Below are positions 26,401 to 39,000 of a DNA stretch of 64,000 bases, one piece after another. The notes under the pieces are model-generated. The model saw nothing but the letters and a program-made list of their open reading frames with translations. It was not told the DNA's origin and did no database searches. A program made the position numbers and the translations under genes. The DNA lies in NCBI GenBank assembly GCA_043228905.1, contig JBHGNT010000015.1, positions 9,796,001 to 9,860,000 of the forward strand. Direction: 5' to 3'. Every line of letters starts with the position of its first letter. Within the stretch, counting starts at the first letter, position 1. Source of the stretch: Azolla caroliniana (Eukaryota; Plantae; Polypodiophyta).

Positions 26401-29400
26401 GTAATAGGATATAAGGAAAATGAGCCGGAAAAAAACAGCCATATTCTTGTTTCTTTTTTTTTATATGATTGTTTCTTCTCTATACAATATCTGATCCTCC
26501 GCGTTGAATAATGGCCATGTCTCTCTGCGTTTCTTGCAATATCTGATCCTCCCATTCTTAAAATTTTGTGAAAGCTTGAGATTTTTCTACAAGAAAATAA
26601 ACGCAAACCTTGCGGGAGAAATCATCGATGATGAACATGAAGTAGTGTGCACCACCAAGAGTAGTGATTTTCATGGAGCCACAACGATCCATGTGCACTA
26701 ACTCAAAGATAGATGTTGCACGGTGAGTGGTTTCATGAGGGAAAGACTCTCGATGTTGCTTGCCATGAAGACAAGCAACACATGGGGTATTGGGAAATTT
26801 TAAAATAGGAAGACCCTCAACTAGCTGTGAAGAGGAGAGCTTTTGTAGAGAATCGTAGTTGAGGTGACCGAACCTAGCATGCCACAACGTGTAGAAAATT
26901 GGCGAGCAATGCCTCGTTGAGAGCAAAAATGGTGGAAAGCTTGGGAGATAAACTCTCCACCATTGTCCGACCTGATCTTTCAAACTTTCCGCTTATGTGG
27001 TTTGGTTTTAAGGTTTTAAGGTTTTAAGGTTTAAAAGTTTTGAAGGTTTAAAGGTTTATAGGTTTGGTTTGGTTTTGATTATGATAAACCGATTTGGTTT
27101 GGTTCTAAATTTTTCATAAACGGTTCAGTTTAAATGGCTTCATAAAATTTAAATAGTTCGGTTTGGTTTTTAATATAAATAAGTGGTTTGGTTTGGTTTG
27201 GTTTCAAGGCCAAGAAACCGAACCGAACTGCGCCCCTTGCTACGCTTAAGCAGAGCAACTCTTGCTTCATTCCTTTGAGCATACAGGTTCTTTAACACAT
27301 CCCATACACTTTTTGAGGTCGTGCAAGATCGGATATGTGGAACAATGTGACATTTGACTGATAATGCGATGAGAGCATGGGCTTGAGCGTCCTTACCATC
27401 CCAATTAAGTTGTGAAGAAGTGGATTGTTGAGTGGAGCTTGAAGCATTGTTTGCGCCAGTTGTTCCTGAAGGGGAGGGAGAGTTTGGAGAAGAACTTGAA
27501 GCTGGACATTCATCAGATCCAATGACAATGTCCCATAGCTGCTTTGCTACTAGTACATGTCTCATCATGTACACCCACATAGGATAGTTAGTACAATCCA
27601 ACTTGTCTTCAGCATTAAGCATACCAAAAATATTAGTTTGCTCAGCCATTGCAGAAGCAAGAAATATGGATGAGATATTGCAGTACTTGGTGGTTATATT
27701 CACTAAAATGTACTAAAGCAATAGTATATTGAAGAAATAAATGAGAGATAAAAGTTACTCTGATGTGCTGAAAACTTAATTTGTTGTGGTAAAAACTGGT
27801 TGTTGCAATTGCTGTGCAGTTAGGATTTGAGACTGCTACAAAATTTGTTTTGACTGTACCTCCAAAACCAAAAATCTGATTTGGGCGTGCAAGTAGTCAG
27901 AAGAATCAGCTCGTAATCTACTTTTTGAAAATGTGAAAATAGGGAAAGATCGCCTTTGTTGCAACTTTCTGTTGTTCGAACTTTCGTTGCTGTAGATGCA
28001 AAGGTTTGATGTCTTCTTAGGTGGGAAGAGATAAACAGAAAGATCTGTGTATGCCTATTTGGAAGGATAGGATAGAGAAAGTAACCTAAACCTGCTCTGA
28101 TACCATATGTAGAAAATGCAGGTATTTAGACTAACTCTCACACAACAAGATCACTTAGAAGACTTAAGGAAATATCAGTAGATTAGGGAAAAACGAGCAC
28201 TGATTACAAAGATGTAGAATGGTTTATATAACCAGTTTCTACAAGTAGGTAGAAACCCAATTGTCACTTTATTGGGTTGACACTAGTATAACTATATTCA
28301 CACCTAACAACTACTTAACTAGGTTCATACTATTCTAAGTATGTTCAAACCCAACAATTACTTACTAGGTTCACACTATTATAACAATGTTCACACCAAA
28401 GCTTTCATAGGATACACATTAAGTGTAACAACAAATGCCTTTCCTCACACAACGGCCAACCCCCAAACTTGGTACAGTAATAAAAAATAGTTGGTATGAT
28501 GAGGAATGTCGTGATACAAGGAGATGCTTGCAACGTGAAGTAACTTAGGGCATTTATACACACAAACAAGCAAGACCTATCTTCCAACACCTCACAAGGA
28601 AGAAGAAGAGATTGCATTTAGTTGCATCGCTTGTTTCTAGGACAAGAAAGTAAAAGGGCATGGAAAATGTTTAATGAGAGGCAACCTACCACACAAGTGA
28701 CCTCACCTAGGTGTGGCATGAATATGCAAAGGTCCTAATATGATATCCGGGGGCAACCTCCTCTTCCCCACCCACATGGCTCACGCCTACATGAATCCAC
28801 CTTTTTTACTCCACAAAATGTAAGAAATGTCATTGATCGGTTACAATTTGGAAAGGCCCAGGATCACGATGGATTGGTTGGTGACCACTTTATCTATGCC
28901 CGTGACACCTTGCTCCCATTGCTAGCACACATCTTTAATAGAGCCATGTGTGAAGGTTTCCCTACTGGATGGACTCAGCACACCATTGTGCCAATCCTCA
29001 AGAGTGGAGACCAATTGATGCCAAGCAACTATAGCACAATTATGATTGGCCATTACTTGGCTAAACTATATGGCTTGATTCTAGAATCAGAATTGAGTAT
29101 ATGGGCATAGCAGAATGGCTGTCGTTCAGCTGGACAGGCAGGCTTTCGGAAGGGGTTCACAACTTTGGATCACATATTGACCCTCCAAGCCCTAGCAATT
29201 TGGGGGTTCAGGAGCATGCCTAGCAAGTATAGCTATACAAATATTACTATATGTTGTTGATATTGAGCTGATTTCTAACTCTCCAGAGGGACTACAAAGA
29301 CATCTCAATGCCTTGAAACTATTTTGTACGGACAAAGGTTTGTCAATAAACATGGATAAAACTAAAGCGACGGTGTTTCACACCACTCAAGCATGGGTAA

Positions 29401-32400
29401 CACGATCAAAACCAGAATTCTTCTTGGTAGAGGAAAAGGTGGAATATACACGTTCCTACACATACCTAGGAGTAACATTTACAGGGCCTAGGTTCTCCTT
29501 ATGAGAGACTGCTTGTGCCCGACTTTCTCATGGATATGCAACCTTGATGCTCGCGAGAGACAATGTGCACATTTGCAATTCCAAGAGCCAAGAACTAAGT
29601 TGTGGTTATTTGATGCACTTGTCACACCAACTCTTGTCTATGGAGTAGAAACATGGGGACCGAGTCTTAACACGGCAAATCATTGGAAAGATTTAGAGAA
29701 AGCTTTAGTGTCAATGATTGCCTGCATGATAAGGAGCAAAGCATCGTTTCCCCATAATATAATCCAGGCAGAGATGAGAGCAGCCCCTATAATCATCGAG
29801 GCATTGTTTTGATCAATGACCTGTATCCAACGTCTTTGGGAGCTCCCTAAATGAAAGTACCCAAGGTTGACACTTATGTCATCAAGACAACTGACTGAAA
29901 ATGGAGGCATTCATTGTTGGTATGCTGAAATGCAGCAATGACTCCAGTCACATGGCATAAGTATAAATGCACTACCCCCATTCCAATATAGCTTGGACTC
30001 TCCCCATCTAAATATGATCAACGTGGAAAAGAATAGGGTGATCCGAACTGATAATATTAACTTGGAAAACAGGATAACATGGATCGGCCCCAACATATCA
30101 CTTGGTACGAAGATGGCCCACTACAAGGCACACTTTTACACATCGGAGGGTGGATTCATCATCAGGCCACCTTATATGGACATACATCTATCCTATGCGC
30201 TATGTAGTGTGATACGTCAGCTGCGAACTTCATCACATTAGTTTGATATTGAGGTAGGCCAATATACACGAATACATCTAGAAGAAAGAATTTGCCAATT
30301 GTGTCATCAAGGAGTGGAATCCAAGAAAACTTTGTTTGTCACTGTAGTGTATTTTATGAAATCAGAGGGAGATATCATTGCCTCTTTAAACAAAGGTTTG
30401 GCCCACTATGCAAGGTAATGGAATATGAGGACCAACAATGCCTAGGACTTTTCTTGCTAGACTCGAGACATAGAGAAAAGTTGTTGAAGGACGATAGTAC
30501 ATCCACAAAGAATAATCACAACTTTCTTTAGCCCCATCACTCTTACCAACACAACAAGTCAATCAAGGGATACACAAATGGGCTCCCAATTTGGACATAA
30601 CAAAGGGGTTAGAATAGATCGGGCAATAGCAATTTTTCATGCACGTAGGCTCCAGCCCCATGAACCACAACCTCAGCACCCTTGTCATCGACAAATAAAG
30701 GCCATTATCTCCCGCCATCACAAGTGCTTCCGTCGCTTCAGAGACCTCTCCATTTTGGATCGACCTATGCTAGAGATATTCCAAAGACAAATGTTATAAT
30801 ATATCTAACTTGACGACCTCACATGTGCCGAAAACCATATCTTTTTGTCTCTTTTTTATCTTATTTATTTGCATATTTACCGAGTAATATTTATTTTATT
30901 TTGATTTGTTTTTCTCAAAGATGAGACAACACTTAAGATGTAATCTCTTGTTTGGACTTATAGGCCATTTTGGCCTCTTAAAAGACATTAATATCTTTCT
31001 TTCTACCTTGTAAAGTTTACAAAGAATTCCATTACATCATAACTAACAAAATAACGATATAAATTTGCAAACAAGCAATATAATTCAATGTTCTTCTGAA
31101 GATTCAAGAAGATCACAATATATCTTACTAAGCTGTTTCTAAGAAAGCCAAAGCATGAGAGATGGCTGCAGATGAGTCGGGAATTGGATGTAGCTCATAT
31201 GGAGTTGGCATATGAAACCTGGTTTGACAATATACTAGTGTAGGCAGAAGACAGAGTGTGAGCATGTCAAACCCCTGAAGACTATAGAGGTGGAAAAAAG
31301 AGAATTCAGCCTCTGTAGGAACTGCCTAAGGGACTTTAGTTGATGGCAATATTCAGAATTACAACAGTTAATGCACCCAGTACTTTGGTTATATCAATGT
31401 TAAGATCTAAGTCATACTATCCCCTATGCTATTCTCTTCATTATAAATGAATTGGAAGGGGATACACTAGATCCAATGGGACATGTGCATTCATAAGGGA
31501 TATCATGTTGTGCAAGATCATGCAAACAAAGAAAGCTTAACAAGGGTCTCTTGTCCACTTTATACTGAACGCTATTGTTTATTTCCATATTATACCTATT
31601 GTCAATAGAAGCCATGAAAATAACAAACCAATGTGATTATTAAAATCTACTGCAAAACTTTTTCATAGAAGATGCATTAATAGAAGCAGAAGCTTAATTT
31701 GTACATTGCATGAGATGGAAATCTTTTGGAGATGAGATTGCGCATAGTGGCTTCAGCAACTTGATCAGCTATCGTCACAGGACCTACATATAATACAATT
31801 CAAAGAATTAGTAAAGTAGGATAACTGTGACACTCTAGACAAGGTAAATTCATATCATCAAATTTAATGAGCATGCACACACATACACATATATCTATAT
31901 ATTTGCAATGTGCATAGAAATTACCTCATTTTTTAATATGAAATAGTTTTAATTTGGAATTTATTGAAAGGAATTCGATTTATACAAACATTGTTTGTTG
32001 GGAAACAAAAAAATGTCGGATGAAACCAGCACAATGGAGAAAAAGCTACATGTAAGACAGCTAATGATTAGGAATCTAAATAAATAACAAACTAATCATG
32101 CGTAACAAAAAGTTGTCCAAATTTTATAGCAAAAAATAAATACTTTCAAGCTTGTACAGAAAAGGTAAAAAAAATGGATGCCCTAGTCAATTAGCATTGA
32201 AAATGAGGGCTATTTTTGCTCCTTAGATCGCTAGAGCTTCACCATGCTCTATTTCAATATGGATATAGCATAATCTTGACAACAACTTGGCCAACTGTTT
32301 TCTTGACAGACAAATGTTAAAGCTGGCTTGACTTATCATAGGATTCATCCAAAATGCATACAGCCTATATTTCAATTCCTTAGCGGTCCAGCTCAGAATC

Positions 32401-32836
32401 TATGAATACACATACGTAGGTAGATAGATATTTATATACAGATATATATACATTCACTATATCTATATCCATATCTTCAAAACTCACTCAAATCATGCTT
32501 CTCTATGATTTCGACCGGCTTCCTGAAATATTTCAGCAAAATCTCTCCAGATGCATCGGCCAGCTCATGAGCCAGCGCCAGAAACTTATCATATGATCCT
32601 GCTGGAGGTCTATCACTGCTAGCATTGGCATCAGCAAGTACATGGCTGGATGACACGTGTGTGCTGCTTCCAACACCCCGTCGAATTCTGCTCATTCCCC
32701 AACCTACTGGTACTGGCAATGCTAACCTCCAACTATAAGGTCCGCGGGACGTCAAAGAAATAGAGGCAGGAGGAGGAGCCTGTTGTGTCTTCGTTTCCAC
32801 CGCCGGTAACGAAAGCACTCTGTGAGTTAGCAGCAT
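8390..32836 (-). CDS. HISN7: Histidinol-phosphate phosphatase / myo-inositol monophosphatase-like 2, plastid-targeted; 9 exons, 1035 nt, 344 aa
   Basis: Exons 32488-32836, 31705-31783, 20244-20335, 12914-12963, 11817-11941, 10620-10686, 8825-8914, 8564-8675, 8390-8460. All introns GT-AG and in phase. IMPase motifs [50 protein letters not shown] are colinear with plant IMPL2 as I recall it. Ser-rich N-terminal extension resembles a transit peptide. Confidence 0.95.
8564..8675 (-). CDS. HISN7: HISN7 exon 8 ([23 protein letters not shown]...)
   Basis: AG/GT bounded, 112 nt. Confidence 0.93.
8825..8914 (-). CDS. HISN7: HISN7 exon 7 ([30 protein letters not shown])
   Basis: AG/GT bounded, 90 nt. 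Confidence 0.95.
10620..10686 (-). CDS. HISN7: HISN7 exon 6 ([22 protein letters not shown])
   Basis: AG/GT bounded, 67 nt. Confidence 0.95.
11150..11400 (+). mobile_element. Diverged fragment of the LINE family found at 14300 and 28560
   Basis: [24 protein letters not shown]...KMAHY parallels [24 protein letters not shown]...KMAHY at ~29990. Confidence 0.7.
11817..11941 (-). CDS. HISN7: HISN7 exon 5 ([16 protein letters not shown]...SAYL)
   Basis: AG/GT bounded, 125 nt. Confidence 0.95.
12914..12963 (-). CDS. HISN7: HISN7 exon 4 ([17 protein letters not shown])
   Basis: AG/GT bounded, 50 nt. Confidence 0.93.
14300..18580 (-). mobile_element. Near full-length two-ORF LINE (ORF1, APE endonuclease, RT, CCHC) with an internal deletion and a (TTTC)n tail
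   Basis: ORF1 18282 to 16731 (interrupted). ORF2 starts 16724 (WNC..., GGVAVLYK). [11 protein letters not shown] and LLYADD; [14 protein letters not shown]. ~25-bp tandem repeats in the 5' UTR 18400-18580. Confidence 0.9.
17521..17987 (+). mobile_element. 5'-truncated copy of the same LINE, inserted antisense into its ORF1
   Basis: Reverse complement of 14315-14774 with few differences; T/C tail; degenerate TSD tttctatttcttt/tttctatctcctt; ORF1 continues on both sides. Confidence 0.9.
20244..20335 (-). CDS. HISN7: HISN7 exon 3 (FGEELG...[15 protein letters not shown])
   Basis: AG/GT bounded, 92 nt, contains the IMPase metal-binding motif. Confidence 0.96.
21900..22305. repeat. Imperfect tandem repeats (~125-130 bp, about 3 copies) upstream of a Copia gag
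   Basis: ttcccctccaatagctgaa(c/t)tctcaagatgtctgagacatccaatgc recurs at ~21960, ~22084 and ~22216. Confidence 0.85.
22310..25150 (+). mobile_element. Ty1/Copia (Ale/Retrofit-like) with protease and integrase deleted
   Basis: gag ([29 protein letters not shown]) jumps to RT ([14 protein letters not shown]) and RNase H. PPT gagagggag then TGTTA at 24969. No matching 5' LTR recognised; right boundary approximate. Confidence 0.85.
23087..23629 (-). mobile_element. hAT-type MITE, same family as 35165-35627, left TIR missing
   Basis: Ends ...gaaccattgccgattgtta; body is the reverse complement of the 35165 copy. Confidence 0.85.
25150..26150. mobile_element. Two related Copia 3' ends (RNase H, PPT, LTR start) joined in opposite orientations
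   Basis: Minus strand: RNase H 25400-25680, PPT ttaagtgggaggt, LTR from ~25355. Plus strand: [21 protein letters not shown] 25690-25900, the same PPT, LTR TGTTGGG at ~25934. Confidence 0.75.
26280..28395 (-). mobile_element. 5' half of a Ty1/Copia (LTR, Met PBS, gag, GAG-pre-integrase, integrase start)
   Basis: PBS tggtatcagagc at 28094-28105 (minus); LTR ~28108-28395; gag [11 protein letters not shown]; [10 protein letters not shown]...[11 protein letters not shown]; FIIDDFSRK. Confidence 0.85.
26950..27242. mobile_element. One-ended hAT-like MITE fragment inside the Copia gag, at a deletion junction
   Basis: GGTTT-rich body ending aaccgaaccgaactgcgccccttg; gag C-terminus and protease are absent on the other side. 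Confidence 0.55.
28560..31003 (+). mobile_element. LINE, same family as 14300-18580; 5'-truncated with an internal deletion near 29195
   Basis: QAGFRKG; [16 protein letters not shown]; identical-type 3' end ggcctcttaaaagacattaatatctttctttct. Confidence 0.9.
31705..31783 (-). CDS. HISN7: HISN7 exon 2 ([27 protein letters not shown])
   Basis: AG/GT bounded, 79 nt. Confidence 0.95.
32488..32836 (-). CDS. HISN7: HISN7 exon 1 (transit peptide, [15 protein letters not shown])
   Basis: ATG at 32836; donor GTGAG at 32483-32487. Confidence 0.9.
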
Positions 32837-32884
32837 CTCGCCGAAAAAACAAACAAATGAAGGGGACGGACGAACGGGGGATTT

Positions 32885-32918
32885 GAAGAAGAAGAAGAAG
32901 AAGAAGAAGAAGAAGAAG
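32885..32918. repeat. (GAA)n microsatellite, (TTC)n on the sense strand, in the probable HISN7 5' UTR
   Basis: About 11 GAA units 50-80 nt upstream of the ATG. Confidence 0.9.
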
Positions 32919-34299
32919 ACGTTGTTTATCGAGCAGCCGTGTTAGAGAGAGTCCGGAGGAGTTGGAGGGAGGGATGGACATTGGATGGATGGATGGATCC
33001 TTTGGAACGTGATATGTATGTACCACAGTATACACATGTGTATTGAGATGCCTTGCCTGCCCTTCCTGTTCATTAGATATGGCTTCGGGGATTGGAACTT
33101 CGCCATTTTCTTTTCATCTCTACAAACTTGGGAGTCAATTGCTCCATCTCCAATTGCTTGTTTTATCACCAAGGTGAACATCTAGAGGTGTTGATCATTT
33201 TCTAGATCATGAAAGAAGGCACTTGTCAAATATCATTTTGAACTTTCAGAATGGTTAGTTATCATTGTATCGAATATATACATTTTATCTTTTACCACTT
33301 GTGTTTCTTTGCAAATTAGTGATTCAAGCTTGAGACCACCCGTGGTTTTGTTATTCTGCTTTTATTTTGCATTTGGATTCCTAGAGTTCTTGTCTTTTGC
33401 AAAAGTTACAAGGGTTCCTTCTTTGTTGGAATTTGCTATGGGTATGCTCATGGGATGTCTTATTGTGGGTATGATTGATTGTTGCTTTGATGTTTGTTAG
33501 GTTTGTATCTGTTATAATGATGAGGTTTATTGATTCGGGTTGCCATAGCCATCTGGTGTGATTTGTGTTGAGGGTCTTGTGTGTATAGTTTTTATTAGTT
33601 TGATCTTGATGTATTTTGTTGATGAGAACAAGAATGTCTCATGTGGTTGAAGCTCTAACAGTAGTTATAAATTCATGATTATCTCACTCTTTGCCTCCCG
33701 ATCTTGCCACTCTCATGATCAATTAAATAATGTTATGTCCCTTAGCTGAAGACAATAAAATTATATTCGCATTCCTACTTACCATTGTAGATACTTGTGA
33801 GTTTCTCTATGCAAACTAATCTTGATACACTTGAATATATAATAGGGTGTGAAGTATGATATGTCGGTGGATATAGAGTTCCTTGCAAAGTTCAATTTTG
33901 TAGGATTTGGGTTTTTTGTGTCACGACCAACTCAATGTTGGAGATTAAAATGTAATAGTTTATATCAGTTGATGTATTTGTTTATATTCTTTAGCATGCC
34001 CTATGGTTAGACCAATGTTATAAGAGTGGTTACAAGGTGATTTGTATGCATATACAAGGTTTACAAATGGCATGTTTTACATAGAGAGGTGCAACCCACA
34101 TTCATGGCCTATGTCAGAAAATGTGAATATTAAGATTTGAACTTGTAAGCTTTAAACAAGGGTCTTACACTCTAACTATCGCACCCACTTATTTCAATTG
34201 ACAAATATGTTTTCATATTGTTATTATTTAGAGTTATAGGGCACTGGACACAATGGATGATTGCCAAATGGCATGCATGCATGTATGCCAAGTGGCCCA

Positions 34300-34847
34300 C
34301 AACATGTATGTCATGTGGTGATCATGCATGATCCTAGCTAGGTATGCAATATAAGTGGAAGATTTGCTTAGCGTTGAACTAGAATGGTTCAACACTAATC
34401 TTCAACACTTTTGTCATCTTGGTCTCCGGTAATACAAATTCTTGTATTCTTGTTTTATTATTATCTTCTTTTTATCGAAATCGACATCTTCTTCAAAGCT
34501 TTGTTCATGATAGTTTGGACCAGAACACACTTAAACCTCAACCTCTCAAAGCTTGTTGAAGGAACCTAAATTTAGTTTTCTAGCGATGGTACAAGGTCTC
34601 AATTTTGAGGATTCTTAAGACAGATGTGCCTTGTAATTCATATGCATCTCAACTGATATCTGAATGACCAACTTGAGTTGGGTTAGTTGGAACATTATCG
34701 ACATGAACCGCACTAGCATGGTTTGCACCATTGCTAGAGAAGAAGTCCTCGATACTAGATAACTTTGATACCTTTATCAATGAATTCCAAACTAGCTTTG
34801 GTAATACAGATAGTGTAAGAACAACGATAAACAAGATATGAAGATCG
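34300..34847 (+). mobile_element. Second Tcn1-like chromovirus: LTR end and gag; resumes at ~44408-44897
   Basis: Matches gag 1160-1420 (ALAWFAPLLEKKS...TTINKI). 44420-44897 matches 1600-2070. Confidence 0.8.
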
Positions 34848-35765
34848 TGTTAGGAAAATGTCCCTCTTATGGGGGTAGCCGACTGGTCAGGCCGAGAACC
34901 GATAGTCGAAGACAAGGAGAGTTGACATGGAGAGTTAGCTTGGAGAGTTGACAGTACAAGTGATCCAAGTAGAAGACACGACCGATTAGCCGGGCCGACC
35001 AAATGGGCGAAGATAAGGCCGATTAGTCGGGCCGATTAGACAGTCGACATGTGAGCCGACTAGTTGAATTGACTAGTCAACTAGTCGGTTGATTAACTGT
35101 TATTAGTACAATAATAGGAATGATAGTAGTAGAGGCTAGATTTGTAAATAGCCCATATTGTGTATAACAATCGGCAACGGTTCGGTTCTGTTTGAGAGGG
35201 TCCAAACTGAACTGTTTAATTTTTTTGAAACCTGAACCAAACCGTGAAACCGTTAAACCATTAAACCATAAAAACCGTGGTTTCGTGGTTCGGTTTTGGT
35301 TTTCAACATAGGTCAAATTTATAATATTTTAAAATTTATAATATTTCATTTTTTAGAATTTTTAAGATGTTCCTAAAATGTGAGAATAAGGTGTAAAAAG
35401 GAAAAGATTGTTTCAAAACAAATTTAAAATTTTTTTAGAATTTTAAAAAAAAAATTAAAAAATTTAAAAATTTAAACCGTTAAACCGTTAAAACCGTGGT
35501 TTTTGACTATTGAAACCAAACCATTTTTTTAAACCTGAACCTGAACCGAACCGTTGAAACCGTTAAGCTGTTAAATTGCAGTTTTTGCGGTTCGGTTCGG
35601 TTCAAACCGAACCGTTGCCAATTGTTAATTGTGTATAAGGATAAATACACTTAGGGCAAACATAGAAAGATATGAGAGAGAACTAAATGAATAGAGTTTC
35701 TATAGTGTAGAACAAAGAGAGAGAGAGGGGGGGGGGGGGGCGGTGTAAAAGCATGCGAGTGGAAA
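34848..35765 (+). mobile_element. Copia-family LTR (same family as 3444), interrupted by a MITE and cut by the CACTA-ended element
   Basis: Starts TGTTAGGAAAATGTCCCTC; shares gccgact repeats and ataaatacacttagggcaaac with 3444-4023. Confidence 0.8.
35165..35627 (+). mobile_element. Complete hAT-type MITE (463 bp)
   Basis: TIR taacaatcggcaacggttcggtt / aaccgaaccgttgccaattgtta; perfect 8-bp TSD attgtgta. Confidence 0.93.
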
Positions 35766-36019
35766 CACTATGATAGCTAATTAGTTGGTAAAATGGCCAT
35801 AGCTATTTAGCTATTTGTTTAGCTAGTTTTTTATGGGCAAATCATAAGGATCATTTAGTAACGAAATTTTATGCTTTATTAGTTAAATACATGTCTTTTT
35901 ATTTATGAGAATACTCGACTAACGTAGTGGAACTTGGGGAACAATGCCCTCATCTAAACTTGACTTGAATGTCACCAAATTCCTGTTAATCCGGAGTTTG
36001 AGTTCAAAATCCAAATAGA

Positions 36020-39000
36020 TGGAGTAATCTGAGCATGAACGTAGACGAAACTCCCGCAGCAACACAAAAACTCTAATATTGACATTGCACCTTCTGAGCT
36101 ACAAGACAAATTCGATCCTCGTCCAGGTATGTATCAGTTAGTTACACATTAAAAAATCTTTTTTTTTTCCTTTCTGATAACTGTAACTTTTTTGCATGTT
36201 CATCTTTTATAAAAAACGATTATGACAAAGTCGTTGGAGTCCCAAACAAGGATGTCTCAAAGATCTGGGTGTAGCAACCAGTGTGTTTCTGATTGACAAA
36301 TTTTTTGATTAGGGTTGATTTCATACATATTTCAGATTAGGGTTTTTTATTTCCTTAAGCGCTTGATTTCTTATTAGGGTTTTTTATTAGGATTTCTGAT
36401 TAGTGTTTCTGATTTCCTTAAGCAGTTGATTTTTTAGTAGGGTTTTTGATTAAGGTTTCTAAATAGGGTTTCTAATTTTTGAAGCGGTTGATTTCTGATT
36501 ACTGTTGAAAATTTCAGATTTAGTGTTGAAATTTTGCACCAATTCACATTTCTGATTTCAATGGTTGTGTGTCTGCAAACTTCCTCCAAACTTGATTTTG
36601 GATTTGGGTGAATGTGGCTAATTTTTTATTTTTGATTCTTCCCCACCAATTATGGTTCTAAATACACATGTCCTAGTAGAGGAGAGGTAACATGTATTGA
36701 TTTTTTATTTCAGGTGGCTCGTTCCTCCATATCCTAGAGTGCTGAACTTTGCAAAGTTTTGCGAGACAAAAGAGGACTTTAACAACATATATGGTATGTC
36801 GCTAGAGGGTGTTGACCCTGCTGTTCTAACAGATAAATTGATTAGTGATGTAGACTGGTTGTTAGTCTATAAAGTGCCCAGACTGAAAGGCAAGGTGAAG
36901 CTCAAGCATGTATGACCAGAGCTGTATGACGATTGCATGAGGCTCACCAGAAAGTACATCAAGAGATCCCGTTCAACAACGAGTTGTTTGTTGCATTCGC
37001 GAGAACTTTTGCATATGAGTATTGCAAAACATTGAATGAAGCAACGAACCCTGAAATGTACAGGGTAGCTTGGGCTATTTATGGTGAGGCATTGGTAGAA
37101 TGATGCCGGAAGATGGGGAGCTTGCAACAAAAAATGGCAAGATTCTGGAGCATGTCAGTTGATGATGCAACTACTGACTCCCAACAAACCCGCAAGTATA
37201 CACCACACCGAAACACAATGAAAGCCAATGTCGATGATATAGGTGAGACATTGATTAGCTATATGTTGAAAAATGTCCATGAAGCCTGTGAGACATTGGA
37301 GGCATCAAATACTAACTTAGAGAAAGCAACATTGGCTGTTGTAATGGAGAGCAAAGTCACTTTGATAGTGACAACAATCAGAAATAAGATTCAGGTAGCT
37401 ATTGTTTTGCTAGTATGTAACATGTTATAAATAACATGTACATGAAAATGTGTTTAGTGAGGCATTATCTGGAACAGGTTGCTCAACATGACCTCAAAAT
37501 TGAGGGGCCACTGGATCCCCAATGGAAAATACAACTACAGACAGAGATCCAAGTTCTTTCAATGAACCTGGACCTTCTAGGTGTAAATACTGTCGCTGAT
37601 TATAATTTGGAGAACCTCCAAGTAAGTTAATGATTCTTGTTTCTTGTTGTTCTATCTTCCTCATTAAGGAATGATAAATCGGTAATTTCTCAACTATGTT
37701 CTAGGAATAATACTCCCATCAAGAACAAGTAATTAGCTGCCTTAAGAAGCAACTACATTTTGTGGAGGGGATGTTAAAGAGCAAACAAGATTTGGACCAA
37801 ACAACGGAGAACCAGGCAACGATATATTGACTATTCAAGCACGTTGCATCGCTTGCGGTTTAGGTGTAGAGGACAAAACTGCTACTCTATTGGTACACCT
37901 ACGACCATGCCAGCACACATACCATATTGTTTGTTTTCAATATGCCTATCGCATTGCTATAGTCTATTTGGGGGATTGCAATACAACTCTCCTAGATAAG
38001 TGGAGAAAACTGACAGGTAAAATTGTTGCTTGTCTTTATAGTGTAGTAGCTAATTAGTTACATCTTAGCTAATTAACTAAGCCGTATAAAGTGTGGTAGC
38101 TATTTAGTTGTTATGGTTCAGTGGTGTAGTAGCTAATTAGCTACAACCTAGGTATTAGCTAATTAGCCAAGATGTAGCTAATTAGCTACTGCAAATCTAT
38201 GGTGTAGCAGCTAAGCAGTATCAAAAGTGGTAGCTAATTAGCTACAACCTAGGTATTAGCTAATTAGTCAAGATGTAGATAATTAACTACTCTAAATCTA
38301 TGGTGTAGCAGCTAATTAGCTATAGTGTAGCTAATTAGTTAAGCAGTATAAAAAATGGTAGCTAATTAGCTATTGCCACAGTTAAGAAGAATAACTAATT
38401 AGGTAAGATGTAGTTAATAGGTACTGCTAACCTATAGTCTAGCAACTAATTAGCTAAGATGTAGTCCAGTGCCGATGACGCCGCAACCGATGAGGAGATA
38501 ACTAGGAACGTGGATGAAGTAAGAGTCTTGCTATCACATTTGCTTCAGATTAGCTCCACCCTATTCTTTTGGAAGATTTTATTGAATTAGGCAATGTTGT
38601 GAAAAGCCATGAAATATTGGAAACAACATGTAAATATGAGGTTCATAACAATAATGTTTTTGAACACTTGATGCAACATTTCTTTGAATCCCAAAACCTT
38701 GATTCAACCCCATCGAGCCCAACTGCTGATAATGTCCCACCAAATCCCACTGTACTTGAAAAGCTATCGCAAGACGCGGCTGACGTGCAAGCCGCCGCTG
38801 AGGCGATGGAAAGGTTGTCGGAGGAGGACACACTTGCGCAATGGGTGAAAGAAGCAAGGCTAAATGGTTAACCGGCTAGAAAAAGGCTGAATAAGGGGTC
38901 ATGATCGGGAACAAGAGTAGTTACTCAATCAAGGGGCTCTTGAATTGGAGCTAATTAATACCAATTATTGATTAATGGGATATGACTATTAGTGATTTTC

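Noticed and set aside
32733-33500. Short ORFs upstream of HISN7 suggesting a divergent gene
   Set aside because: Driven by (GAA)n and (GATG)n tracts or T-rich sequence; no supported exon chain.
36300-36520. TTAGGGTTT telomere-like repeats
   Set aside because: Degenerate and dispersed in a transposon intron; not a tandem telomeric array.
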